NCBI GenBank assembly: GCA_965222265.1 | Contig: CBDCTP010000003.1 | Coordinates: 819,579-883,578 of the forward strand | Length of the DNA stretch: 64,000 nt | From: Vicinamibacterales bacterium | GTDB taxonomy: Bacteria > Acidobacteriota > Vicinamibacteria > Vicinamibacterales > UBA8438 | Direction of reading: 5' to 3' | Shown here: piece by piece, positions 35,646-45,160 of the stretch | How positions within the stretch are numbered: the first letter of the stretch is position 1 | Layout: each line of letters starts with the position of its first letter | Program-made: the position numbers and the translations under genes | Notes under the pieces: model-generated | Databases searched by the model: none | The model's input: the letters and a program-made list of their open reading frames with translations, nothing else | Told to the model about the DNA's origin: nothing

Positions 35646-37994
35646 ATGCCTGATCGTCGTTGCTTCGTATCCGTGTTCGTCTGTTTGCTCCTGGTTGTCA
35701 GCGGTCTGGCCGGCTCCGCCCGCGCGCAGGACGGCGGGGCCGTTGCCGGCGTCGTTGCGGACGAGACCGGCGGCGTGCTCCCCGGGGTGATCGTCGACCT
35801 CGAATCCGGCGGCTCCGTGTTGACCGCGGCCACCGACGCGGCCGGGGAGTACCGCATCGAGGGGGCGCCGGCGGGACCCGCCACGCTCATGTTCCGGCTG
35901 GTGAACTTCTCGACGGCCCGGCAGGCGGTGACGGTGCCGGCCGCCGGCGAGATGCTGGCGGTCGACGCCACGCTGACGTTGTCGCTGACCGCCGACGTGG
36001 TGGTGACCGGCACGCGTACGTTCCGCAACATCGCCGACCTGGACAACCCGCGGGAGAATCTGGTGGGCATCGCCACGGCAGCCAGCGTCGGCGCCATCAC
36101 GGCGGCCCAGCTCGAAGCGCGGCCCATCATGCGGCCGGGCGAGGTGCTCGAAGCGGTGCCCGGCCTGATCGTCAGCCAGCACAGCGGCGAGGGGAAGGCC
36201 AACCAGTACTACCTGCGGGGATTCAACCTGGACCACGGCTCCGACTTCGCCACGACGCTCGCGGGCGTGCCGCTGAACGTCCCCGCCGCGGCCCACTTCC
36301 ACGGCTACTCCGACTCCAACCTGATCATTCCGGAGCTGGTCAGCGGCGTGCAGTACAAGAAGGGGCCCTACTCCGCCGAGGATGGCGACTTCTCGGCAGC
36401 CGGCTCGGCCAACATCAACTACGTCAACGCGCTCGACCGTCCGATCGTGAGCGTCAGTGCCGGCGGACAGGGCTGGGCGCGGGTGATGGGCGCCGCCTCG
36501 CCGGAGGTCGGCGACGGCAACCTGCTGGTCGCGCTCGACCTGTCCCACAACGACGGGCCGTGGGTGCTGCCGGACGACCTGCGCAAGGCGAACGGGATCG
36601 TGCGCTACAGCCGGGGCGACACGCAGAACGGCTTCTCGATCACCGGCATGGGGTACACGGCGGACTGGAACGCCACCGACCAGGTGCCGCTGCGGGCGAT
36701 CGAGTCCGGCCTGATCTCGCGCTTCGGCAACATCGATCCCACCGACGTCGGCCGGACGTACCGGCACAGCGTCGCCTTCGACTGGCTGCGGTCGACGGGC
36801 GACAGCTCGCTGCGCGTGACGGCCTACGGCCTGCGCTACGGTCTGAATCTCGTTCAGAACTTCACGTACTTCCTGGCCAATCCCGTCGACGGCGATCAGT
36901 TCGAGCAGGAGGATCGTCGGACGGCGGCCGGCGGCAAGGTGAGCTACCGGCGCCTGGGCCGGTTTCTGGGCCGCCCCGTCGAGTCGACGGCGGGCGTGCA
37001 GCTCCGCCACGACAACGCCGGCCGCATCGGTCTGTACGATACGGTCGGGCGGCGGCGCACGAACACGGTCCGCGAGGACGTGCTGGTGCAGACGTCGGGC
37101 GGCCTGTTCGCGCAGAGCGACATCGAGTGGAGCCCGGTGTTCCGGACCACGTTGGGCTTGCGCGGCGACCTGTACGGCTACGACGTCAGGGCCATCGATC
37201 CGCGCAACTCCGGTAACGGCTCCGACGGCATCGTCAGCCCGAAGGTGACGGCCGTGCTCGGCCCCTGGGCCGATACGGAGTTCTATGTCAACTGGGGCCA
37301 CGGCTTCCACAGCAACGACGTGCGCGGGGCGACGCTGACGGTCGATCCCCGCACGGGGGAGCGGGTCGACACGCTCACGCCGCTGGTGACCGCCCGCGGC
37401 GCCGAGGTGGGCGTGCGGACGGTGCGCGTCCGGGGCCTGCAGTCGACCGTGGCGCTGTGGTACCTGGGCTTCGACTCGGAGCTCCTGTTCATCGGCGACT
37501 CCGGCGTCACCGAGGCGAACCGTCCGAGCCGGCGCTGGGGCGTCGAGTGGGCCAACTACATGCGGTTCAGTCCCTGGATGACCGGCGAGGTCGACATGTC
37601 GTTCACCAACGCGCGGTTCACGGACTTCGAGCCGGCCGGCCCGTTCATCCCGGGCGCGCTCGACCGGGTGGTGGCGGCTTCGCTCACGGTCGAGCCCTCG
37701 CGGCGCATTTTCGGGAGCGTCCGCCTGCGCCACTTCGGTCCCCGGCCGCTGGTCGAGGACGGCAGCGTGCGGTCCGAGCCGACCACCATCTGGAACGGCG
37801 AGATCGGGATCACGCTGACCGAGCAGCTGCGCCTCTCGCTCGAGGGATTCAACCTGTTCAACTCGGAGGTCGCGGACATCGACTACTTCTATGCGTCGCG
37901 GCTCCCGGGCGAGCCGCTGCTGGGGGTGGACGACATCCACACGCACCCGTCCATTCCCCGGACGGCGCGCGTCAGCCTGCAGATGACGTTCTAG
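35646..37994 (+). CDS. TonB-dependent receptor with N-terminal CarboxypepD_reg domain
   Basis: Signal peptide, CarboxypepD_reg (GVIVDLESGG...DAAGEYRIEG), plug (PGEVLEAVPGLIVSQHSGEGKANQYYLRGF), C-terminal ...RVSLQMTF. Confidence 0.9.
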   Translation: MPDRRCFVSVFVCLLLVVSGLAGSARAQDGGAVAGVVADETGGVLPGVIVDLESGGSVLTAATDAAGEYRIEGAPAGPATLMFRLVNFSTARQAVTVPAAGEMLAVDATLTLSLTADVVVTGTRTFRNIADLDNPRENLVGIATAASVGAITAAQLEARPIMRPGEVLEAVPGLIVSQHSGEGKANQYYLRGFNLDHGSDFATTLAGVPLNVPAAAHFHGYSDSNLIIPELVSGVQYKKGPYSAEDGDFSAAGSANINYVNALDRPIVSVSAGGQGWARVMGAASPEVGDGNLLVALDLSHNDGPWVLPDDLRKANGIVRYSRGDTQNGFSITGMGYTADWNATDQVPLRAIESGLISRFGNIDPTDVGRTYRHSVAFDWLRSTGDSSLRVTAYGLRYGLNLVQNFTYFLANPVDGDQFEQEDRRTAAGGKVSYRRLGRFLGRPVESTAGVQLRHDNAGRIGLYDTVGRRRTNTVREDVLVQTSGGLFAQSDIEWSPVFRTTLGLRGDLYGYDVRAIDPRNSGNGSDGIVSPKVTAVLGPWADTEFYVNWGHGFHSNDVRGATLTVDPRTGERVDTLTPLVTARGAEVGVRTVRVRGLQSTVALWYLGFDSELLFIGDSGVTEANRPSRRWGVEWANYMRFSPWMTGEVDMSFTNARFTDFEPAGPFIPGALDRVVAASLTVEPSRRIFGSVRLRHFGPRPLVEDGSVRSEPTTIWNGEIGITLTEQLRLSLEGFNLFNSEVADIDYFYASRLPGEPLLGVDDIHTHPSIPRTARVSLQMTF

Positions 37995-38373
37995 CTTCCA
38001 TCAGACGGGGCTGCGCCCCGCACCCCCGGCGTCCGCTTGCGGGGACCCCTTCGCCCCGCGCCGCTCCCGCCGAGGCGCGCCGTGCGGGCTTCAATCAGAC
38101 GGGGCTGCGCCCCGCACCCCCGGCGTTCGCTTGCGGGGACCCCTTCGCCCCGCGCCGCTCCGCCGAGGCGCGCCGTGCGGGCTTCAATCAGACGGGGCTG
38201 CGCCCCGCACCCCCGGCGGTTCGCTTGCGGGGACCCCTTCGCCCCGCGCCGCTCCCGCCGAGGCGCGCCGTGCGGGCTTCAATCAGACGGGGCTGCGCCC
38301 CGCACCCCCGGCGGTTCGCTTGCGGGGACCCCTTCGCCCCGCGCCGCTCCCGCCGCGGCGCGCCGTGCGCGCC
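37995..38373 (+). repeat. Four head-to-tail copies of a ~93-95-bp GC-rich structured repeat
   Basis: Units start at 37995, 38089, 38182 and 38277; consensus CTTCAATCAGACGGGGCTGCGCCCCGCACCCCCGGCGGTTCGCTTGCGGGGACCCCTTCGCCCCGCGCCGCTCCCGCCGAGGCGCGCCGTGCGGG; the array begins directly after the receptor stop codon. Confidence 0.95.
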
Positions 38374-38420
38374 TTGGGGCCACGCGCGGCGTCACGGCGA
38401 ACTGCCACGGTCGTCAATTC

Positions 38421-39305
38421 TCAGCGCAGCCGCACGTCGCCGCGGTCGGACCGTATGCGCAGCAGCGGCCCGCCGCCCGCGACCGTGCCCCGCAAGCGGT
38501 CGCCGGTCTGCTGCAGCGTCAGCGGCAGGCCGTTGTCGAGGTCGGACCCCGACGACAGCTCGGCGTCGATCGTCAGCGGCTGCATCTCGGCCAGCTCGAA
38601 GGTGAAGTCGCCGCGCTCGAGCGTGACGTCGGAATCGCCTTCGATGCGGGCGGCGCGCAGCACCACGTTCGTCCGCTCGGCGTCGATCAGGACCGACCCC
38701 CGCAGGCGCGTGAGCACGACGCGGTCGCCGCGCTCCACGTCGAGCGTCAGCGAGCCGCTGAAGTCGCTGGCCTGCATCTGGCCCCGCTCCAGTTCGATCC
38801 GCGCGGTGCCGCTCAGCTCGACGAGGTTCAGGTCGCTGCGGTCGACGCGCATGGTGATGCGGCCCTCGATGCCGCGCAGGGTCGTGCCGGCGCCCCGCTC
38901 GAGCTCGATGTCGAGATTCGACTCCCGCGGTGCTTGAATTTCGTAGTGCACGTCCGGCCGGGTGCGCCGGCGGTCGAAGAAGCCGCGCCGCTCGACCTCG
39001 CTGAAGTCGGTGGCGATGCTGACCGCGCCGGCCGTCTCCCGCACGTCGATCCCGGTCGCCTCGACGATCTCACGCGCGTACTCGCCTTCGGTTCCGGGCG
39101 GCGCCTCGATGCGCGCCCGGATCTCGACCTGCGGCCGATCCCACGCCAGCAGCAGGACGCTGCCCCCGGAGGCGGCTAGTGACAGGTTGCCGCCCGGTTC
39201 GAGCGGCACGGTGTTCTCGTACGAGTCTCCCTGCGCCCCGGCGGGGGCGGCCGCCAGCACCAGCGGCAGGAGACACGCGAACATGCGGTGCGGGGACATC
39301 GGCAT
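38421..39305 (-). CDS. DUF4097-family (putative adhesin / beta-helix) secreted protein
   Basis: Signal peptide; repetitive strands with recurring ...G.V.L...G.I.V....GD...; ends RIRSDRGDVRLR as in DUF4097 proteins. Confidence 0.65.
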   Translation of the reverse strand: MPMSPHRMFACLLPLVLAAAPAGAQGDSYENTVPLEPGGNLSLAASGGSVLLLAWDRPQVEIRARIEAPPGTEGEYAREIVEATGIDVRETAGAVSIATDFSEVERRGFFDRRRTRPDVHYEIQAPRESNLDIELERGAGTTLRGIEGRITMRVDRSDLNLVELSGTARIELERGQMQASDFSGSLTLDVERGDRVVLTRLRGSVLIDAERTNVVLRAARIEGDSDVTLERGDFTFELAEMQPLTIDAELSSGSDLDNGLPLTLQQTGDRLRGTVAGGGPLLRIRSDRGDVRLR

Positions 39306-39594
39306 CCTCCACGTGGACTGCGCCTCTTCTGACTATAGACGGAATCCCGCCGGGTGACGGGAGGGTGCGCGATGCCGCCGGGCGATTATGATCGCGCCGT
39401 TCCTTGAGGATCATCCTGCCTGCCGCCGGCCCGTTGCTGCCCGGCTCCCTGCGATCGGCAAACTGGTGCAGGTGCGCTCGCGGCGCTCTCTGGTTGGAGG
39501 AGGGGTCCCGCCGCCGGAGTCGGGTCACTCGGCGCGCGTGCGGCTGGCGTGTGACGACGCGCAGGGGAGGACGCTGGGGTACGGGTCTCGGCAA

Positions 39595-39630
39595 GCCGAA
39601 GCCGAAGCCGAAGCCGAAGCCGAAGCCGAG
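39595..39630. repeat. Hexanucleotide microsatellite (GCCGAA)5 + GCCGAG
   Basis: Direct reading of 39595-39630, within a 520-bp stretch that has no confident gene. Confidence 0.95.
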
Positions 39631-39828
39631 ATCGAGCGTGAGCCGTCGCGCGTGCGCGTGTTCTACGAAGGAGGTGCAGCCACGCGCGTCGAGCCCGTCG
39701 GCCTCGCCTGCCTCTGGCGCCGGATGTCCCGATGCTCGGCTGCGGCGTAGCGGCTGCGGGCAGCCGCCCGCTTCCCGAGGGCGTCGACGACATGGCGCTG
39801 GCGCCTTGCGAACCGTCACTGGACCGGG

Positions 39829-40938
39829 TCATCCGTTCTGTCGCAGTCGCAGACGTGGGTTCGCCTGGAAGCTGAATCGGCCCGAATAGCCATCCGCCAG
39901 GATCGTCGTCTGTCCGCGGAGATCGCGAATGAGTTTCTTCAGCTGCGTTGAAAGCCATAGCTCGCCGCGAATCGCGGCTTCGAGTTCACTCCACTGGCGC
40001 GGTCCTTCATGCAATTTGTCGAACAGCCATTCCCGCAACGGCGTCAGGTCCGGTTGCGGCTCGATCAGCAGCGACTGTCTGGGATCATCGGACCGGCGGA
40101 CCTTGAATCCGCCGTCCGGAGCGACCTTCCACATGCACTCCTTCATGAGGTCTCGACCCTGGTCGTGGTTCGTCAGGTGTAGCAGCAGATAGCGAGTAGT
40201 CGTCCCGCCGCTCGTCATGTGGACGTGCGTCGACCACCGCGCGCCGATCACACGGGCAAGCAGATCGGTTGCTTGCTCCGCGCGTCGGCTCATGGTGTCC
40301 GCGGTGATCGTTCGCCAGCCGTCACCGCCGAAGATTTCATCAAGCGTCTGGGCCATGCCGCTGCCTGGTTCGCGTTGTTGCGCGATCGCCATGTCGAGCT
40401 CGCGCCAGATCACGTTGACGAACAGCTCGACGCGGCCTGCCGCCATCAGTCCGGCAAGCAATTGCGCCGGCGCCTTGAAACCATATGGGTCGACGAAAAT
40501 GAAGGCAGGCGCCATCTCTTGATGGCTGTTTCGCAGCTGTTCGACCAACGCCGACAGTTTCCCGAAGGCATCACCCTCGGCCGTTTCGACATGCACGCGT
40601 CTCGGCAGCCCGCCGATCTCGCGCAGCTCGTCTTTCAGAAGCTTCAGGTTGTCCGGATCTCGTTCGATGAAGGTGAACCGGAATTCTGACCTCCGGAGGA
40701 GCTTGTCCCGGTAGTGGTGACCCAGCAGCGTTTGAAGCGCGACGAGCGGCGATCCGCGTTCGCCCGACAGGTGACGTCCTCGTCCGGCGTGGGTATCGAC
40801 GTAGACCACTCGGCCGGACCACGTGCCGAGCTTGGGAAACCAACCCCCGAGATAGCGGCGAATCAGCTCGTGCTTGACTTGCTGAAACCGGCCGTAACCG
40901 TACCAGTAGTCCGGGCTCGGGTCGGTGAAGCGCGCCAT
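39829..40938 (-). CDS. tcmP: Three-Cys-motif partner protein TcmP-like
   Basis: 369 aa; N-terminus ...YGRFQQVKHELIRRYLGGWFPKLG...VYVDTHAGRG...FIFVDPYG as I recall for the TcmP family; sits directly downstream of a DUF5131 gene. Confidence 0.65.
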   Translation of the reverse strand: MARFTDPSPDYWYGYGRFQQVKHELIRRYLGGWFPKLGTWSGRVVYVDTHAGRGRHLSGERGSPLVALQTLLGHHYRDKLLRRSEFRFTFIERDPDNLKLLKDELREIGGLPRRVHVETAEGDAFGKLSALVEQLRNSHQEMAPAFIFVDPYGFKAPAQLLAGLMAAGRVELFVNVIWRELDMAIAQQREPGSGMAQTLDEIFGGDGWRTITADTMSRRAEQATDLLARVIGARWSTHVHMTSGGTTTRYLLLHLTNHDQGRDLMKECMWKVAPDGGFKVRRSDDPRQSLLIEPQPDLTPLREWLFDKLHEGPRQWSELEAAIRGELWLSTQLKKLIRDLRGQTTILADGYSGRFSFQANPRLRLRQNG

Positions 40939-40944
40939 GGCTGG

Positions 40945-41165
40945 TCAGCGGCCGGTCGGACGCAAGCCCTCCGGAAACTCATCGTACGTGCGTCCGTTGA
41001 GCAGCCGTCCGGTCATGTGCTTGCGCGTTCCGCCCCACTGCTTGAAGAAGAACGGCACGCCGCCCGAGTGACATTGACGCTGGATGTCGGTCACCCAGCT
41101 CACCTGCACGGGTCTGGCGCGTGGCCCGCTCTCTCCGCCGACGATTACCCAGTCGATGCCGGCTA
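40945..41165 (-). pseudogene. DUF5131 (phage Gp37/Gp68 family) gene, C-terminal fragment
   Basis: (L)[45 protein letters not shown]... Confidence 0.8.
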
Positions 41166-42357
41166 GTGTCCTGTTGCTGAAAAAAGTGAAACATTGCGGG
41201 CGGCCGTATCGTCTTGCGTATCGAGAGGGAGGAACGCATGCGAACAGGACGCCCGCCGGCGGCGGTAACGCTGACCGACGAGGAACGCCAACATCTGACG
41301 TCGCTGGCCCATCGCTCGCGCAGCGCTCCACAGCTTGCACGTCGCGCCCGCATCATCCTGGCTTGCGCCGACGGCCAGCCCACAACAGGTATCGCCAAGC
41401 GACTGCGCCTGTCCCCGACCACGGTCTGCAAGTGGCGCACCCGATTCCTCGCCGACCGGAACGACGGCTTGACCGACGAACCGCGGCCAGGTGCCCCACG
41501 TCGCATCACCGACGCTCAGGTCGAGGAGGTGGTGGTGCGCACCTTGGAATCGACCCCGCGCGGCGCCACGCACTGGAGCACGCGCGGCATGGCACAGGCC
41601 ACCGGCCTGAGCAACGCGACCATCAGTCGGATCTGGCGTGCCTTCGGGTTGCAGCCCCACCGGACTGAGACGTTCAAACTGTCGCCCGACCCGTGGCTGG
41701 TCGACAAGGTGCGCGACATTGTCGGGTTGTACATCAATCCGCCGGAGCACGCGGTCGTCTTCTGCGTCGACGAAAAACCGCAGATTCAGGCCCTTGAGCG
41801 CACGGCACCGCTGCTGCCGATGCAGCCGGGCCAACCCGAACGACGCACCTTCGACTATCGCCGCCATGGAACGACCTCGTTGTTCGCCGCGCTCGATGTC
41901 AAGACCGGCGCGGTCATCGGCGAACTGCATCGCCGCCATCGGTCGATCGAGTTCGAGAAGTTCCTCAAGCGTATCGACGCCGAGACGCCCGCCGAGTTGA
42001 ACGTCCATCTCATCCTGGACAACTACAGCACGCACAAGACCCCCCGAATTCGGCGCTGGCTGGCCAGACACCCCCGGTTCCATCTCCACTTCACCCCGAC
42101 CTACAGTTCCTGGCTGAATCTGGTGGAGCGCTGGTTTGCGGAACTGACGACCAAGCAACTGCGTCGTGGCGTGCATCGTAGCGTCGCCGCTCTCGATCAG
42201 GCGATTCGGGAGTTTCTCGACCAGCACAACGTCACCGCCCAACCGTTCGTGTGGACGAAGACCGCCGATGAGATCCTGGCGAGCATCGCCCGGTTCGCGC
42301 AGCGGACGCTCGCGGCGCACACTGGATAATGTTTCACGAACCATTGAAACGGGACAC
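41166..42357 (+). mobile_element. IS630-family insertion sequence
   Basis: TA duplicated at 41164-41165 and 42358-42359; terminal inverted repeats GTGTCCTGTTGCTGAAAAAAGTGAAACATT / AATGTTTCACGAACCATTGAAACGGGACAC. Confidence 0.9.
41214..42329 (+). CDS. IS630-family transposase (start possibly at 41238)
   Basis: HTH region ([35 protein letters not shown]) and DDE core ([13 protein letters not shown]...[10 protein letters not shown]...[10 protein letters not shown]). Confidence 0.9.
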   Translation: MRIEREERMRTGRPPAAVTLTDEERQHLTSLAHRSRSAPQLARRARIILACADGQPTTGIAKRLRLSPTTVCKWRTRFLADRNDGLTDEPRPGAPRRITDAQVEEVVVRTLESTPRGATHWSTRGMAQATGLSNATISRIWRAFGLQPHRTETFKLSPDPWLVDKVRDIVGLYINPPEHAVVFCVDEKPQIQALERTAPLLPMQPGQPERRTFDYRRHGTTSLFAALDVKTGAVIGELHRRHRSIEFEKFLKRIDAETPAELNVHLILDNYSTHKTPRIRRWLARHPRFHLHFTPTYSSWLNLVERWFAELTTKQLRRGVHRSVAALDQAIREFLDQHNVTAQPFVWTKTADEILASIARFAQRTLAAHTG

Positions 42358-42918
42358 TAGGTCGATGGCGCCAAGATCCTCGAGCAACGGTTCAATCGAC
42401 ACGAAACGGACGGCGGCCGGCGTCTGGCGGAGCGCGTCGAGCCTGGGCAAGCCGTGCTTGCGATCCTCGACGCTCACACCGAACCAGACGTTCGGAAGCG
42501 CGCTCATCCACTGCAGATCCCCAGTGAGCAGGTGCTTCATGCGCCGGTGGCGTTTCGTCAGCACCTGGTACACATGCCAATCGGCTTGGCGCATCACGGC
42601 GCCGACCGACGCGATGTAGTCGATCGGAACGGCTTCGTGAAACAGGTCGCTCATGGAGTTGACAAAGATCCTCCTTGGCCGGCGCCACGATAGCGGTTGT
42701 CCGAGCTTGCCGGGCACGAGCTGGAGATCGAACCCGTTCTCGTATGGATGTCCGACGATCCCTCGAAAACGTTCGGCGAAAGTCTCCGCGTAGCAGTGCT
42801 TGCAGCCTGGACTGACCTTGCCGCACCCCCGAACGGGATTCCAGGTTGCATCCGTCCACTCGATGCGAGACCGTTCACTCACGGGGCGAATATAATACGA
42901 AACACCGCGAAGAATCAA
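42358..42918 (-). pseudogene. DUF5131 (phage Gp37/Gp68 family) gene, N-terminal fragment
   Basis: SRIEWTDATWNPVRGCGKVSPGCKHCYAE (three-Cys motif) ...FVSIEPLLEDLGAIDL, then runs into the IS. Confidence 0.8.
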
Positions 42919-43321
42919 CGTGGTCGAGGTGATCTGGCCGAGGGACGCCGCATTGACTTCGCCGTGGCCGCGAGCTCAGCTTGATGCCGTCATCGTTCGG
43001 CGCAAGCGTTGCCGAAGCGAATTCCGAGCGGAGTCCCGCGCGGTACGCGGTATGCCCAGGTCTGATCCGGATCTCGCTTACTGCTGCGCGAGCGCGCCCT
43101 TGCGGTCACCGTCGTGGCCCACTTCCGAGGGCTGATCGACCGGGGACTGCTGCGTCCGTTCCGGCTGCGTGACAGCATACCCGGCGCCGCAGTCGAGGCC
43201 GCCGCGGGCCGGCGGGAGGCGAATTGCACGCCGTCGGACGGCAAGGTGTGCTACTTTTCGGAAGATTGCAGCCAGACATCGACGCGGCCGTCACCCGCGC
43301 GCCCGGAGGAGAGTTGGAAAT

Positions 43322-44956
43322 ATGGCGATCACCGCGCAGCGAACCGGTTTTCCGTTCCCCGGGCTGTTGGCGCTTGCGCTGGCCCTCGCGACCGGCGTTG
43401 CAGTCGGCGCTGCCTCCGACCTGCGCCTGATCGACGCCGCGGCGCGGCCGGACGCCGGCGCCGTGCAGGCGCTGCTCGGCGAGGGGGTCGACGTCAACAC
43501 CGCGCGTGCCGACGGCGTAACCGCGCTGCTGTGGGCCGCCCACTGGGACGACCTCGACATGGTGGAGCTGCTGCTGGGCGCCGGCGCCCACCCGAACGCG
43601 GCCGACGACCACGGGGTGACGCCGCTCATGCGGGCGTGCGAGAACGCGAGCGCCGCCATCGTCCGCACGCTGCTGGCGGCCGGCGCCGATGCCAACGCGG
43701 CCCAGGAGAGCGGACTCACGGCGCTGATGGTCGCGGCCCGGACCGGGAGCCGGGACGTCGTGCGGACATTGGTGGCCAACGGCGCCGACGTCAACGCGAC
43801 GACCACCGAGACGGGCGTGACGGCGCTGATGTGGGCGGTCGAGGCGCCGCATCCCGACATCGTGCACGTGCTGCTCGAGACCGGGGCCGACGTCGAGGTC
43901 TCCTCGAGCAAGGGTTTCACGGCGCTCCTGTTCGCCGTGCAGAAGGGCAACGTCGAAGTAGTGCGGATCCTGCTGGCCGCGGGCGCGGACGTGAACGGCA
44001 GCGGGTCGGACGCGACCCATCCGCTGCCCCTGGCCATCGTCAGCCGGCACGCCGACATGGCGCACTTCCTGCTGGAGCAGGGCGCCGACGCGAACGGCAG
44101 GATTCACGGCGTCTCCGCCCTGCACGCCGCGGCCGGCCGCGTCAGCACCTGGCTGGCCGACTGGTACCGGCGGCGCGGCATGCGCGCGGCGTCGGTCAGC
44201 GGCGGCGGCCGGCTGGGGCTCGATCCCGAGTCGAGGGTCCCGCTGGTCGAGGCGCTGCTGGCCCGCGGGGCGGATCTCGACGCCCGCATCGGGACCTCGT
44301 CCGTCGTGCTCGGCTACCTCGCCCGCCCGCGGCGCGGCGCGTTCGAGCAGAACTCGGTCGGCACCGGCGACGTGCGGGGCGCCACGCCGTTGTGGGTGGC
44401 CGCCTTCTCGGCGAACGGCGGCGGGCTGTTCGGGGACGATTCCGAGTACCACTTCGAGAGTGGCGCGGGGGTTCTCAGCGCGCTGGTCGAGGCCGGGGCC
44501 GACCCGAACGCGGCGGCCGACGACGGGAGCACGCCGCTGATGATGGCCGCCGGCCTCGGCTACCGGTCGTATCAGCCGCACACGCCGCGCGGCCGGCGCT
44601 CACGCCCGGTCGAGGAGGCGGTGCGGGTGCTGGTCGAGGCGGGCGCGGACGTGAACGCGAGAAACGAGGCCGACTTCACCCCGTTGCATGCCGCGACCTT
44701 CCGCGGGTTGAACGAGGTGATCGAGTACCTCGTGGAGCAGGGAGCGGACATCGACGCGCGCGACTTCCGGGGACGCACCGCGTTCCGCATCGCCGAGGGC
44801 GCCAAGCAGTCGTTCCAGTTCCAGGCGTTTCCCCAGACGGCCGAGTTCCTGCGGGAGCTGGGCGCCAACACGCGCCTGGGCATCCCCGGCACCGTTCACG
44901 AGCGGGCGGACCGCGCCGTGGTCGAAGAGAACGAACAGCGGGCCCAGGCCCGCTAA
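43322..44956 (+). CDS. Secreted ankyrin-repeat protein
   Basis: Signal peptide MAITAQRTGFPFPGLLALALALATGVAVGAAS, then many G.TALxxAA....vV..LL..GAD.N units. Confidence 0.85.
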   Translation: MAITAQRTGFPFPGLLALALALATGVAVGAASDLRLIDAAARPDAGAVQALLGEGVDVNTARADGVTALLWAAHWDDLDMVELLLGAGAHPNAADDHGVTPLMRACENASAAIVRTLLAAGADANAAQESGLTALMVAARTGSRDVVRTLVANGADVNATTTETGVTALMWAVEAPHPDIVHVLLETGADVEVSSSKGFTALLFAVQKGNVEVVRILLAAGADVNGSGSDATHPLPLAIVSRHADMAHFLLEQGADANGRIHGVSALHAAAGRVSTWLADWYRRRGMRAASVSGGGRLGLDPESRVPLVEALLARGADLDARIGTSSVVLGYLARPRRGAFEQNSVGTGDVRGATPLWVAAFSANGGGLFGDDSEYHFESGAGVLSALVEAGADPNAAADDGSTPLMMAAGLGYRSYQPHTPRGRRSRPVEEAVRVLVEAGADVNARNEADFTPLHAATFRGLNEVIEYLVEQGADIDARDFRGRTAFRIAEGAKQSFQFQAFPQTAEFLRELGANTRLGIPGTVHERADRAVVEENEQRAQAR

Positions 44957-45144
44957 GGCGCGCACGGCGCGCCTCGGCGGGAGTGGCGCGGGGCGAAGGG
45001 GTCCCCGCCAGCGGACGCCGGGGGTTCGGGGCAAAGCCCCGTTTGATGGAAGCCCGCACGGCGCGCCTCGGCGGGAGCGGCACGGGGCGCAGGGGTCCCC
45101 GCAAGCGGACGCCGGGGGTTCGGGGCGCAGCCCCGTTGATTGAG
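44957..45144 (-). repeat. Two tandem copies of the ~94-bp repeat family (reverse orientation)
   Basis: Copies at 44957-45052 and 45053-45144 are reverse complements of the 37995 unit; they start directly after the ankyrin stop codon. Confidence 0.9.
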
Positions 45145-45160
45145 CGAAAGGTCCAGAGGC

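Noticed and set aside
35607-37946. 779-aa minus-strand ORF and the 518-aa plus-strand ORF 35660..37216
   Set aside because: Both overlap the TonB-dependent receptor, whose frame shows plug and barrel motifs and a terminal Phe. The alternatives are compositional artefacts.
37995-38373. Possible CRISPR array
   Set aside because: The units are contiguous with no unique spacers. The unit length (~94 bp) is far above CRISPR repeat size, and no cas genes are in the window.
37457-39179. Long ORFs reading through the ~94-bp repeat array and giving repeated peptides such as GDPFAPRRSRRGAPCG
   Set aside because: The periodic peptides merely mirror the DNA repeat. The indels between units change frame, the same element occurs in both orientations elsewhere, and the flanks belong to other genes.
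39388-39750. 120-codon ORF containing the microsatellite, as a confident gene
   Set aside because: It has no recognisable domain and a weak ribosome-binding site, and overlapping ORFs exist in other frames. It is mentioned only as an alternative reading in the microsatellite finding.
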